Shown one piece after another: positions 1 to 11,880 of a stretch of 64,000 nt of DNA. Within the stretch, counting starts at the first letter, position 1; each line of letters opens with the position of its first letter. This DNA comes from Octopus vulgaris (taxonomy: Eukaryota), in assembly GCA_951406725.2 (NCBI GenBank), contig OX597815.1:43648001-43712000 (forward strand). Reading direction: 5' to 3'. The notes under the pieces were generated by a model. That model did not search any database, was not told the DNA's origin, and worked only from the letters and a program-made list of their open reading frames with translations. Made by a program: the position numbers and the translations under genes.

Positions 1-10
1 GTAGTGATGA

Positions 11-52
<42 letters not shown>

Positions 53-80
53 CAGTGATGGTGATAGTAGTAGCAGTTGT
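1..80. repeat. (GTA)n/(GTG)n trinucleotide microsatellite
   Basis: Direct gtagtagta run with degenerate flanks. Confidence 0.9.
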
Positions 81-665
81 AGGTACTTGCATTGCTGTTG
101 ATGATGCTTGTTGTGTATAAAGGTGCTGGTCTTGTTACTGGTGAGGGAATAGGAGGAGGTTGTGGGGGAGGCGAAGGAGGGGGGATTGTGGTATAAGGAA
201 GGGTAACTGATTGTTCTGTTTTGCTCTAGGCTGAGTTTGGTAATAGGATCTATGCCAATTACATACAAGAATTACACAAAAGTCAGTCAGCATTGATGAT
301 ACGTTCCGTTTTATACCTGGTAGGAAGGAGGGAGGCCTTATTACTAGAGAGAGAGAGAGAGAAAGAAAGAGAGAGACAGAGAGTGAGAGAGAGAGAGGAG
401 AGAGGTAAAAATACATCTGGACTTTGTCTACGTTTGTATATGTGTATGTATGTATAGTACTGAGTAGGGGTAAATTTGAGAAATACGAAGGAGATAAAAC
501 GAGAAAGAGAGAGAGGAGGAAGAAACAGAGAGAGTGAGAGGGGGGTGGGAAAGAGAAAGAGAGAAAGAAGGAAAGGAAGATTGATCCAATCCTTACGAGA
601 AATAAAGAAAAAATAATTTCTTCAACTAGACGGAAAGCTGACAGAAAAATTACCTTCCGAACCAG

Positions 666-687
666 GTGTGTGTGTGTGTGCGTGTGT

Positions 688-728
<41 letters not shown>

Positions 729-1120
729 TATGTGTGCGTGTGTTTGCGTGTGTGTGTATATGCATCTGCGTGTAAATGTGTATAATATATATATACTTGT
801 GTGCTTTGCGTGCATGTGAGTATGTATTAAATATGTGTGTGTGGTGTATGTGTGCGCGCGTGTGTGTGCATGTATGTGTATGTGTCTACGTGTGATTGTG
901 TGTACTATGTGTTTTGTGTGCATGTGAGTGTGTCTTAAATATGTGTGCGCGCGTGTGGTGTGTGTGCGTGTACATGTGTGTGAGTCTGCGTGTGAGTGTG
1001 TGTGATATATATATATATGTGTGCTTGTGTGTGAGTGTGTATAATGTATGTGTGTGCATGTGTGTGAGTGTGTATAATATGTGTATGTGATGTGTGTATG
1101 TGTGTGTGTGTGTGTGTGTG
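666..1120. repeat. Degenerate (GT)n microsatellite block
   Basis: Long imperfect GT/AT dinucleotide tract; source of the His/Thr and Val/Cys-rich spurious ORFs. Confidence 0.95.
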
Positions 1121-1483
1121 TACCATTATGTTGTATTAAGCAGATGCGTATACACTCATCTGTGAAATTATGTACACTATTTTTTTTTTTAAAGGAGGTG
1201 TTTACGCGATCGCTCGACCTGATAGCAGCCAGATATCTTTCAAATCACACCCTGCCGTCTTTAAAAATAGTGACACATTTTATAGTGTAGTACTAGTTAT
1301 ATTATATCTAAGAAAATTGAAAGGGGCTCGAAAGATCATAAGATGATCATAAATCTACTCTATCAAGGATGACTAATAGCCATGGACGGATCATCAAAGA
1401 TAATCGAAAGCAAGGGATGGATTGAAATCACTACAGAAAGAAGGCTGACTTGATGCAACATGAGCTGATAGGAGAGGCTAAAA

Positions 1484-1824
1484 CAGGGGTCGTCGACCAT
1501 TTTTTAAAATTTCTGGCCCCCTATGGTTACTATTTTATTCTGGTGGATCCCAATAGCCATTCGATGTTTACAAACTAGTTTTGTAGAAACTTCTTTCAAA
1601 ATACCTATTTTGCTTTTCACACATTGACTTGCATAGGTTAAACTATGTAAAGTGTCATAGAAAGGAATCTAGCTATTTCTTCTAATACAGACAAATACTT
1701 ACTTTTAAACAAAATTTATTCAGCGGCCCTTAAAATACTATTGTGGATACCCAATTTACTATCTTGTTGTATGGGTCCCCAAATGCCCCTTAGAGACCAT
1801 ATGGACTCCAGTTGAAAACCACTG
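1484..1824. mobile_element. Non-autonomous hAT (Charlie-type) MITE
   Basis: Left end caggggtcgtcgac, right end gttgaaaaccactg (revcomp cagtggttttcaac, 10/14 match); near-perfect 8-bp TSD ggctaaaa (1476-1483) / gtctaaaa (1825-1832). Confidence 0.75.
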
Positions 1825-1899
1825 GTCTAAAAGAAATGAGGCGATAATCCCTACCCAGAAGATGCGAAAGGTATGCAGCGATTTATTTACGGAAGATCA

Positions 1900-2255
1900 A
1901 CGAACTGAAGGCAGCTGTATAGAATCAAATATCCCATCCTAAGCATTTAGAGTAAAGACCCAGTACTATAAGAGCTAACAGCTTAGGTTTCAAGGGTTCA
2001 CAAATTTTCAACACTACCAGACATCCTCAGAGGTCTGCGCGTTGTAGATGTGGATGTTTTCAAAGAATATTTAGAGAAATGCTTTATCTTGAGATACCAG
2101 ATAAACCCACATTACAGTACAAAACATAAAGAGCAGTTTTGTCCAGCTCGCTACTTCACCAGAAACAATGCCGGAACAAAAAACCCGGCAAATGAAGGTG
2201 GAATAAAATCCATTCACCTTAAAGACGGTGCCCCAGCTTGGCCTCAGTCCAGTTA
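1900..2255 (+). mobile_element. Degenerate 3' end of a CR1/L2-type LINE, related to 14020-14850
   Basis: caagggttcacaaattttcaacac...gatgtggatgttttcaaag...gataccagataaacc aligns by eye to 14570-14690; ends with the ggtgccccagcttggcc tail. Confidence 0.6.
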
Positions 2256-2646
2256 AATTAGTAATACCTAAAGCATAAAAGAAAAGTGGGATATTTTTGT
2301 TGTCTAGCTAACAAGATATTAAATCATCAAAATACGAGAATCTGAAATACTAATATTAAGTTTCTTCTAGGTCACATCTGTAAGACAACTATATTAAATA
2401 TAACTCTTCCTTTAAGTTTATTTATACAACAGCAAATAGCAATAAATTCTAATATAGGTAAATTATTTACTTAATATTGCATGTATCGTTAAAAGTAGTA
2501 CCTTGAAGAATTTTAGTCGAACGAATCAACTCAAGTAGTTATTTTCCTGGTACTTATTTTATCAAGCTCGTTCGCTGATAGTAGGGAGCAAACACACACA
2601 CACTCACACGCACACGCACACGCACACGCACATACTCACACACACA

Positions 2647-2699
<53 letters not shown>

Positions 2700-2704
2700 G
2701 ATCA

Positions 2705-2910
2705 TCCACCATCTTTCCAACAACCTCGCGCACCTTTTTGAATTCCATACGTCAAACACTCGTAGACATGCTTACAAAATCAAAACGCAGCACAACACCC
2801 ATGATTTCGGAAATATTTTATCCCACTCAGAATTGGTGAAGCATGGAATAAAATACCTGCATCAATCGTTGGCAGTCGAGACACTCCATCCTTCAAAACT
2901 TCTATGCCTT
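2705..2910 (+). mobile_element. LINE (CR1/L2-like) ORF2 C-terminal remnant
   Basis: Frameshifted translation gives TRRHAYKIK...LRIGEAWNKIPASIV...SFK, matching the WNxLP motif at CR1/L2 ORF2 ends. Confidence 0.5.
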
Positions 2911-2974
2911 CTATTCTTTTCTTAGTTGTAGTGCACCTGAGCACTGTTATACAATTTCTTTCTCATCGTATATA

Positions 2975-3802
2975 CAGTGTGCGATGGGTAAATTATCACC
3001 ATTTTATATTTTTAATTTCGCGCATGTGCATTGTCTGTTTTCGATTTTATCGACTACACAGTATAGTAGGGTCCGTTGGGCACCGTCTGTGAGAAAAACA
3101 GTACCATCACGAAAATCACTCTGCAAAAAAAATTGGGAATGACATGCTGTACTGCTTGACATTCGCGCCGGAAACTCCAATACAAACCGTGTCCCCAAAA
3201 CATGTACCGAGAGTGATTAAAGTCAATCATCCAGTCAACATCAGGATGTTTGGAGATATCACTAATGACGGCGACGATGACCTCGGAATCAACACGGACG
3301 CCTACAGCAAGTGCCTGGAGGAGGTAGTATTGCCCTAGGTGAAGAGGGTGGCTGCTGGAAGACCCTATGTCTGGCAACAAGACTCTGCATCATGCCACAC
3401 AAGCAGAACCTAGTCATGGCTGTCAGACAATTTAGGCGACCACATCACCCCTAACATCTGGCCACATAACTCGCCAGACTGCAACCTCTTGATTATTATA
3501 TGTGGGGCGCAGTTGAGCAAGAGACCAACAAAACTCCTTGTAGCACCAAAGATGAAGTGAAGACAAGGATTATGGCAGCATTCACCAACTTAAACAAGGA
3601 GACCGTCCAGAAGAGTTGCAGGGGATTCCGAAGTTGTCCGGAGACCGTTGTTGAAGTCAATGGCGATTTTATTGAATAAATTTACTTTATAGTATTTCAA
3701 GATATTTTTATGTTATTTTAGTAAATATATCTGTTAACGTGAGATGTCAGTGTTATTTTCATTTTTGCATAATTTAGACGACAATATATTTACCGTACCG
3801 TG
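2975..3802 (+). mobile_element. Internally deleted Tc1/mariner-superfamily element (maT/DD37D-like), transposase pseudogene at ~3190-3680
   Basis: Starts TA|cagtgtgcgatgggtaaatt with an imperfect right TIR. Translation includes GRPYVWQQDSASCHTS...IWPHNSPDCN(P)LDYYMWG...VEVNGDFIE* with stops and a frameshift; about 36 residues separate the last two Asp. Confidence 0.8.
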
Positions 3803-3808
3803 CATATA

Positions 3809-4202
3809 CAGGGTGCGGTCAATCATGACCTGAATCTCAGTAACAAATTCAGGAGTTATTTTTTTCTGATCAGAACGATCAGAGTGAGTTTTTCAAGCTG
3901 CCATACCCTCGTAATCACCATTAAACTCATCCAGCTCTTTCCGAATTCTTTGCACTGTCCTCAGATTGGCACCCAAACACTCTGGAATGTTGGTATTGGA
4001 GCTTCCGGTGTGAATGCCAAGCTACACAGTATGTCGTTTCCAAATTTCTGGCAGAGTAAATTGCGTCACGGTGTTGTTTTTCTCACAGTCGGTGCCCAAC
4101 TGACTCTACTATACTGTGTAGCCGACACAATTTTTTAAATAAACAATGCACATGCGCGAAATTAAAAATATAAAATGGCGGTAATTTACCCATCACACCC
4201 TA
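3809..4202 (-). mobile_element. Second, inverted, shorter copy of the same maT-like family
   Basis: ~3985-4202 is the reverse complement of ~2975-3185; the other end starts TA|cagggtgcgg. Confidence 0.8.
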
Positions 4203-4353
4203 CATATATATATATAAATACACGACAGGCTTCTTCAGTTTCTGTCTTCTAAATCTACTCAAAATAGTAGAAGATTCGACACCAGAAATCATGCGATTGG
4301 GAAGCAAACTTGTAACCACACACTCACGCCTATAGAAAAACTTAATTTTTAGC

Positions 4354-4386
<33 letters not shown>

Positions 4387-4633
4387 GATAAAGAAATTAT
4401 AACAAAGGCAGTTGAGATATTTTAACCAGATTTATTTTATTTTAATAATTGTTTATCAAAGTTTTTATAGATATTAAATTTTTGTGTTTCAGATACTCTG
4501 TTGATGGAAGGGAACTGATTCACTGAACCCCTATAAAATGGCTACTTCTTCGTTGAGGGACTTCCTCTACAGGCTAGAATATATAGATTTTCACTGTAAA
4601 CACAGTCACTGGCGTCGAAAATCTGTTCGATAA

Positions 4634-5075
4634 CAATAATAAATCTCTAAGCGAGGTATAAACAGTAACTGCTCTGTAATATAAGCGGGACCAGCCATCT
4701 GAATGTGGCTAGGGACAGGGCGGGGTGGTGGGGGTGTTACTGATGCATTTAGCCCCAGGCGACTATAGACGTCACCAGGAGAAGAACGGTAACTCAACGA
4801 AGAACGGTGCTTGCCATGCGCCGACGAGAGGCGACCACCTCGAAACCGGTCCGTGTGTAGCATCCGTATCTTCGGGGAGGCTGATCTCCCTTTACAGGCT
4901 AGCAAGGACACCGTGATGGTGTCGGCTCTCCTGGTGACGTCTATAGTCGCCTGGGGCTAAATGCATCAGTAACACCCCCACCACCCCGCCCTGTCCCTAG
5001 TCACATTCAGATGGCTGGTCCCGCTTATATTACAGAGCAGTTACTGTTTATACCTCGCTTAGAGATTTATTATTG
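4634..5075. repeat. 149-bp inverted repeat (4634-4782 / 4927-5075) with 144-bp spacer; probable Penelope-like pseudo-LTR
   Basis: Arms are reverse complements with one mismatch by eye; the spacer holds a hammerhead motif; partial extra copies at 5131-5211. Confidence 0.9.
4815..4857 (+). ncRNA. Minimal type I hammerhead ribozyme (U4C core variant)
   Basis: Stem I catgcg/cgtgtg; core CCGACGA (4821-4827); stem II gagg-cgacca-cctc; GAAA (4842-4845); palindromic stem III ACCGGU; GUC site ending at 4851. Confidence 0.8.
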
Positions 5076-5208
5076 GTATATATATATATATTGAGAGAGT
5101 CCCTACGAGAACGGTATATATATACATATCAGGCTAGCAAGGACACCGTGATGGTGTCGTGATATTACAGAGCAGTTACTGTTATACCTCGCTTAGAGAT
5201 TTATTATT

Positions 5209-5254
<46 letters not shown>

Positions 5255-5255
<1 letters not shown>

Positions 5256-5372
5256 CACGTGATCACGTGACAGACCAGACCATCAGATGTTGTTACACAC
5301 CGCTGGTCACAATGCCATCGCATTGTTTTAGCCTTCGGATGACGCCACCCCGCTGGCTAAGCGAGCAGGCTA
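5255..5372. mobile_element. Short GC-richer interspersed fragment between (TA)n tracts, probably a retroelement end
   Basis: Discrete island beginning with the palindrome cacgtgatcacgtg and flanked by (TA)n; family not assignable. Confidence 0.3.
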
Positions 5373-5419
<47 letters not shown>

Positions 5420-5569
5420 TATATTAATATATCAAAATAAGCAACACGGATATCCTTGTTGCTTATTTTAATTTTAATCACCTTATTTTAAATTGTATGG
5501 ATAATTCCCATACTAAATTCTGGTGCCTCAACTTAAGTAACATATTCATCTGAATATATATATATATAT

Positions 5570-5900
5570 CCTTTTGTATTTTATTTTGTAATTTTATTTG
5601 TATCGTTTTTACGTCCTGTTTGTGTCACATTTTGTTCTTTCCTTGTTTTTACCTGTCTGCGAAGTAATTTCCTTTAATTTCTTCGCAGGAAGGGCTAGTT
5701 CGACGAGTCGTGGTCTGTCCTCACCTTCGAAACACGCTGGAGTTGAACTAGGGACAGCTGATGAAGGGGATTTTTCCTTGTGTAGTTTGTCTAGTACTCT
5801 ATTTTTTTCTTTGTAAAAAAAAGGTTCGTTCCATGCTTGTTTTTACGTTTTCGTTCACGTTGAGTTCTGCGTCTAATTGTGGTGTCCTGTACTCACGTAT
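5570..5900 (+). mobile_element. Interspersed repeat, probably Penelope-derived; homologous to 46640-46768 and 58398-58546 (opposite strand)
   Basis: aaggggatttttccttgtgtag...gtgtcctgtactc matches the revcomp of gggtacaggacac...cacaaggaatattcccctt. Confidence 0.55.
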
Positions 5901-6093
5901 ATATATTTATATATGCATGTATATATACATCTAGATGTAGGTACGTACATATATGTATGTATGTATGCATATATTTTATTTATTACACTATTGTATGACT
6001 GAGCGCCTCCGCGTCGATTCGATTCGATTCGTTCCGTTTCGTTTCGTTTCTTCTTCTCCCAGTACTGTTTATATATATATATATATATATATA

Positions 6094-6510
6094 CTCTTTT
6101 ACTCTTTTACTCTTTTACTTGTTTCAGTCATTTGACTGCGGCCATGCTAGAGCACCGCCTTTAGTCGAGCAAATCGACACCGGGACTTATTCTTTGTAAG
6201 CTCAGTACTTATTCTATCGGTCTCTTTTGCCGAACCGCTAAGTGACGGGGACGTAAACACACCAGCATCGGTTGTCAAGCAATGCTAGGGGGACAAACAC
6301 AGACACACAAGCATATACACACACACTTATATATATATACATATATACGACAGGCTTCTTTCAGTTTCCATCTATCAAATCCATTCACAAGGCATTGGTC
6401 GGCCCGGGGCTATAGCAGAAGACACTTGCCCAAGATGCCACGCAGTGGGACTGAACGCGGAAACATGTGGTTGATTAGCAAGCTACTTACCACACAGCCA
6501 CTCCTGCGCC
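6094..6510 (-). mobile_element. Full-length tRNA-type SINE, family A (internal microsatellite, (AGAGTAAA)n-type tail)
   Basis: Minus strand: A-box-like tggctgtgtggtaag, B-box-like gttcagtccc, CORE-like ttgggcaagtg, tail ggcggtgctctagcatggccgcag; more than 15 copies in the window. Confidence 0.9.
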
Positions 6511-6535
6511 TATATATAGATAAATAGATAGATAA

Positions 6536-6587
<52 letters not shown>

Positions 6588-6651
6588 CACGCAGACACAC
6601 ATATATAACACACAGACACGCACATACACATGCATATAAACACTCATGTAC

Positions 6652-6692
<41 letters not shown>

Positions 6693-7087
6693 TGTATGAA
6701 CAAATTTAAGATAAGAAGACATTTGCTTATAAAGTAAACGGGATCAGGCATGTTAGTGCTCTTAAAGTGTTAGTAATTTCCACATTTAACAGCAACAGCA
6801 ACAACAACAACAATAGAGATAAAACTCATAACAGCAAAATAATTACAAATGTAACATTAGCATCTTATATGTGTGTGAATGTAAAAATGTGTGTGTTTGT
6901 GTGTGTGTGTGCGTGTATGTGTGTGTGTATGTGTGTATGTGTGTGTGTGTGTGTATGAAGGAAAGTAAAGACAAAAGTCGAAAAGTAGCTAATCTGCTGA
7001 TAATGAAATTAAGATTTTGATAAAATATCAATGGTATGACGTGTCCAAAGATGGCAAGTTACTAACGTTCTTTTATCTTCGACAAAC

Positions 7088-7149
<62 letters not shown>

Positions 7150-7784
7150 TTGTGTGTGTGTGTGTGTGTGTATGTAAGTATGTATGTATGTATGTATGTA
7201 TGTATGTATGTGTGTATGTATGTGTGTGTATGTATATATGTATGTATGAATGCATATATATATATGTATATATGTATATAGATGTATAGATATGTGTGTG
7301 TGAGTGTATGTGTGTGTGTGTGTTGTGTGTGTGTAATCATTATTTTCTCTCTCTTTCTATTTTTGTTCTTTTCTGCATTCTTTTTAGGCACACACGCGTG
7401 TACACACACACAAACTGACACACACACACACACGTACGCACACACACACATAGACACACACATGCACATGCACACACACAATCATACACACACGATTGGT
7501 TACAATATTATCTTAGTTACGAAACTTCGCCACCAAGTATTTTATTTAACCTATTATCAGAGTCTATTGTTTTCGCCTCTGTTTATATTGTATTTATATC
7601 ATACATTCTTTTACTCGTTTGAGTCATCAGATCGTGGCCAGACTTTGGACTACCATCAAATGTTAATTAGCTACATTAATCCCCCATATGTATATATAAG
7701 CTATCAGCGATGGAATAATGAACGGTAGAGCGGACCGGTGGTGGATTTGAATGTAAATGAACATGATGAAATTTAGTAGGAGAC

Positions 7785-8195
7785 CAGCAATTGTAGGGAG
7801 GGTGGCAATCGATTACATTGACCCAGTGTTCAAATGGTACTCATTTCATCGACCCCGAAAGGATGAAATGGGAAGTCGACCCTCGTGGTATTTGAACTCA
7901 CAACGTGAAGAAGGACGAAATGTTGGTAAGCATTTTGCCCGACGCGGTAACGATTCTGCCAGCTCGCCACCTTAATGTATATTGCTTTCAAATTTTGGTA
8001 CAAAGCTGGCAATTCCAGAGATGGGGTAGGTCAATCATATAGACCCCAGTCCTTAACTGATACTTATTTTATCGATCCCAAAATGAATTAAAGATAAAGT
8101 CGATCTCGGCAGAATTTGAACTCAGAATGTAAAGACAGTTGAAATGTTGCTAAGCATTTTCCCCGGCCTGTTAACGATTCTGCCAGCTCGTCGCG
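7785..8195 (-). mobile_element. Two adjacent copies of SINE family B
   Basis: Both carry gaccc.gaaaggatgaa..gtcgac..tttgaactca..ctgccagctcg as at 36445-36673. Confidence 0.8.
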
Positions 8196-8859
8196 TTAGT
8201 GAACGTAATATATTACAAAGAGAATGGATAGCTAAAGCTCAAAAGAGGTAATATAAACCACTAAACAGAGAATAAATAATAGGAGTGAAACCCTGTTTGA
8301 AATAGATCCGCAGGCCAGATTCTCTCGTTGGTCTTTGTAATCAAATGATATACACCGCAGCTCAGGGTAATAAGATCACTCAAAAGTGATCTGAGTTCAA
8401 TCGTCATTAAAGGTAGCATTTCAAAAACAGCAGCACGATACCTAGAAGTCCTGATCTAGGCGAATCCAGCTGCTTTAGAGTGACGGGATCAGGCTGAAAC
8501 ACTTACTTGAATATGGTGAAGATGATGATGACGACAATGATGATGATGATGATGATGATGAAAACGATGCCGAAGTCGATGATAATAAATTTATCAAGGG
8601 AAGCCGGACTTATAGCAATATCTTTAACTGGTTACTGGTTATATACCTATGACTTTTTTTGCACATTTCATTTGCAATTCAAATTATTACGATTAATACG
8701 TAACCCTGGGCTTCCTGAAATAGCTGTCGAGGTTTCAAATTACATATTTTATTCTATGACTTTTTTTTTGTGTTCCATGTAAATATGTTTATATCAACCT
8801 GAACTCCGTTCATCTCCATTACTAGACCTCTTTCGCTCTCTCTCTCTCTCTCTCTTCTC

Positions 8860-8913
<54 letters not shown>

Positions 8914-9624
8914 CAAACTGACACAAAAGAGGCTGGTGTTGGTCTGCCATCATCAAGACTTATGTAGTTAAGTCGATAAAAATACGTACAGTATACTTGC
9001 CGTGAGGAGTGGAAAATTTAACGTTTTAAACGGTGTCCCTCTTCATGGAAAAATTGAAATGGGAGAAATTAATGAGAGACGGTAGTGTTTCATATCCTCG
9101 AGGTAGCAACAAATAAATTTGTCAACTTCAGTCCTTCAGTTTTTCTCAGCCCTGTAAAAGAACTCGGAAGGCTGGACCACCAGCCAGGCCTTTCGCAACA
9201 CCCTTTAAGCCAGAAACACCTTACTACTCCTCGTATGTATATATATACGCTTACATAGTGTGCCACAGACATCAAATTTACTTGCCATTTAAACATGCTA
9301 CTAGTCTGGGTGCAGCCGAACTGTACCAGAGAAAACTCATTTTCAGGTGATAAAATTGGATCAACCAGGAATAAGGTGTCTCATCTTCTCTAAACGTTTG
9401 GCCACACGCCTTCACATATGTGTATATTTAAACTTGCATACATACCTACATACACGTGTGTGCACCTATACATACACAAAGTTAAGTGCAAAGGGCGATG
9501 CATTTTAATCGCAGCATACAAATTCCAATTAAATCAGTTACAAAAACTCAACCACAACTATTTATAAATGCGCGAGTACGTGTTTGTGTGAATGTGTGTG
9601 TAGGCACATACACGTCCGCGCGCG

Positions 9625-9657
<33 letters not shown>

Positions 9658-9780
9658 GAATACACAAACATATGGGGTAGGGGTGAGTGCATGTACATGT
9701 GTATATATGTGCATGTTAGTGTGTTTGTGCGCTATGTGTGTGTGTATGTGTGTGAGTGCGTGCGTTGTGAGACAGGCACC

Positions 9781-9812
9781 AGATAGATGGTAGATAGATA
9801 GATAGATAGATG

Positions 9813-9908
<96 letters not shown>
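9781..9908. repeat. (GATA)n microsatellite
   Basis: Direct tandem tetranucleotide; similar tracts at 6515-6585, 16020-16195, 26030-26226, 26716-26846, 27622-27720, 41740-41798. Confidence 0.95.
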
Positions 9909-10254
9909 CGTACGTACGAACGTAACCTAAGAGAACGAATAGACAGCAAAGCGCAAATGAGATAGCCAGGAAGGCACAAAGAGAATGAGAGATAATTAAT
10001 GTGAAAGTGGATAAAAAACGAGACGTGATGGTAAATAAATTGCATGAAAAATAGAATATTCTGATACCCTGATGGCACTTGAAATATGTAATTTTTAGAT
10101 GACCTGATTATGAGTATAAATAAATCCCTATCATACCGTTATCTCGATGTTCATCAATCTAACACTCTATTTCGCTTCTTTTAAAACATTTTACACTTCC
10201 CCTATGTTTATATGTTTATGTAGAATTGCTTGCTGGTACAGTCACTTTCGTGTC

Positions 10255-10400
10255 GGGACAAATGCTCAACAGCGTTCCTTCCAGCTCTTTCACGTTCTGA
10301 GCTCAGATCTCGCCGAGGTCAAATTTGGTTTGTATTCTTTGGGGATCGGTAAAAGAAAATACCACTCAAGCACTATGATTAATGTAATCGACTAGCCCCC
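10255..10400 (+). mobile_element. Degenerate SINE family B
   Basis: cacgttctgagctcagatctcgccgaggtc...aatgtaatcgacta. Confidence 0.6.
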
Positions 10401-10653
10401 GCTTCTTCAAAATGTCAAACATTTTGCCGTTATTAGTAAAAATTTTAATGTCTGTGTACGCGTATGTGTGAATGTGCATGGTGCCAAATGCATACTTATA
10501 TATATGATTTCATGATTCGATGTAAAGATATAAGGCTTGTCGTATAGGTTATTGGAATATTTTCGCTGGATACGACTATGTGCGTATTCATGTATATGTT
10601 TCTACACATTCTCACACATAGAAAATTCTTGGCATTATCGTATGCTTACACAC

Positions 10654-10704
<51 letters not shown>

Positions 10705-10708
<4 letters not shown>

Positions 10709-10985
10709 TAGAGAGTTATAGCCAAAAAATAGCAAAAAAAATGGAAAAAAATGATGGTAAATTTTTTTTGAGAGTAAAAAAGGTGGAGTTGCGTCCCCTA
10801 GACAGTTTGCGGTTTGTGTTTCTGATTCTCGACCCCATGTCGAATTTATCGATTTTATATATATATTTTCAAAATTTCGCTGCGTTATATATATATATAT
10901 ATCATCGGTTGAAAGCCGTGGTCAGGGTGAGGTACAAGCAAACAGACACACAGAAACACGCACAGACAAACTGCCGTTTATATAG

Positions 10986-10990
<5 letters not shown>
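10705..10990 (-). mobile_element. Non-autonomous Helitron fragment related to 37611-38120
   Basis: Shares ttttagagagtta and the acagaca...tttatataga end with the 37.6 kb element; the CTAG/hairpin end is missing. Confidence 0.5.
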
Positions 10991-11018
<28 letters not shown>

Positions 11019-11021
11019 ATG

Positions 11022-11880
11022 AAGAATGATTGGCCCTTTTCTGTTGACCAGTCTAGGACGGAGGAGTAACAATTTTACGTTCATTTTAGCAATTTTATGG
11101 AACTGCAGTAATAGTTTTTCTGGGTTTTAAGAAGTTATAGTGGTTGAGTCCAGCATTACACCACCAAACAGTTACTATAGCCTTCTTTTTGAAGAGCTCG
11201 GGTTTAGGGAAGGTTTTCAGTATTTTATTTTGGTTCAGCCATTGCGAAGAAGGTTTTTTTTTTTTTGTTATTGTACAAAATCCACTTTTCATCGCAAGTT
11301 ACAATACAGTCGAGGAATGGATCGGTCTGGTGGCGGAGAAGAAGCGACGATCAAATTTCATATCAGTGCATTTTCTGATTTTCATTCAAAATCGTGTGGT
11401 ACCCATTTGTCGAGCTTTTTTGATTTTCCATTCGCATGCAAATAGTGGCAGGCAGTTTTCTAATTAACTTGAAATTCTTTTGACAATTCTCGAGTGATTT
11501 TACGTGGATCTTTCTCAATGACGGTCTTTAGTTGACCGTCATCGATGACAGATGGGCGACCGCTACGCTCACGAACTTCAAGAATCAGGTCTCCACTGTG
11601 AAATCATTTAAACCATTCTCGAGCCTACCACTCACTTGTCATTTTCTCACCCAATGTTTCGCTGATAACGCGAGCGATTTCAGCTGCATTATATCCATTT
11701 TTGAAGTTGAATATCAAAATTGCTCGAATATCGTGCTTTGACAGTTCCATTTCAGATGATTGCAACAGCAATTTTTTTATTATCCACAAGCGGCTAAACA
11801 CAGAAAGGCAAATACAAACACATAAGCGGCAACGAGAAAAGGACAAACGAATGGGAACAATGAAAAACTGAATAATAAAA
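11022..11880 (-). mobile_element. Mariner transposase pseudogene (N-terminal two thirds)
   Basis: MELSKHDIRAILIFNFKNGYNAAEIARVISETLGE...; later PKPELFKKKAIVTVWWCNAGLNHYNFLKPRKTITA and LVNRKGPII; multiple frameshifts. Confidence 0.85.

Noticed and set aside
135-1290. Long ORFs such as 135-923 (262 aa) and all HT/YI/VC/LSIY-rich ORFs in the window
   Set aside because: They are translations of stop-free microsatellites with no domain motifs
4606-4916. GC-rich ORFs 4606-4911 and 4725-4916
   Set aside because: They lie in the inverted repeat and ribozyme region and show no recognisable protein motif
6440-6510. tRNA genes at SINE heads
   Set aside because: Only A/B-box similarity; no complete cloverleaf, and each continues into a SINE body
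7605-7635. Minus-strand CUGAUGA-cuc-aaac-gag resembling a hammerhead
   Set aside because: No GAAA or cleavage site; it matches a degenerate SINE A tail
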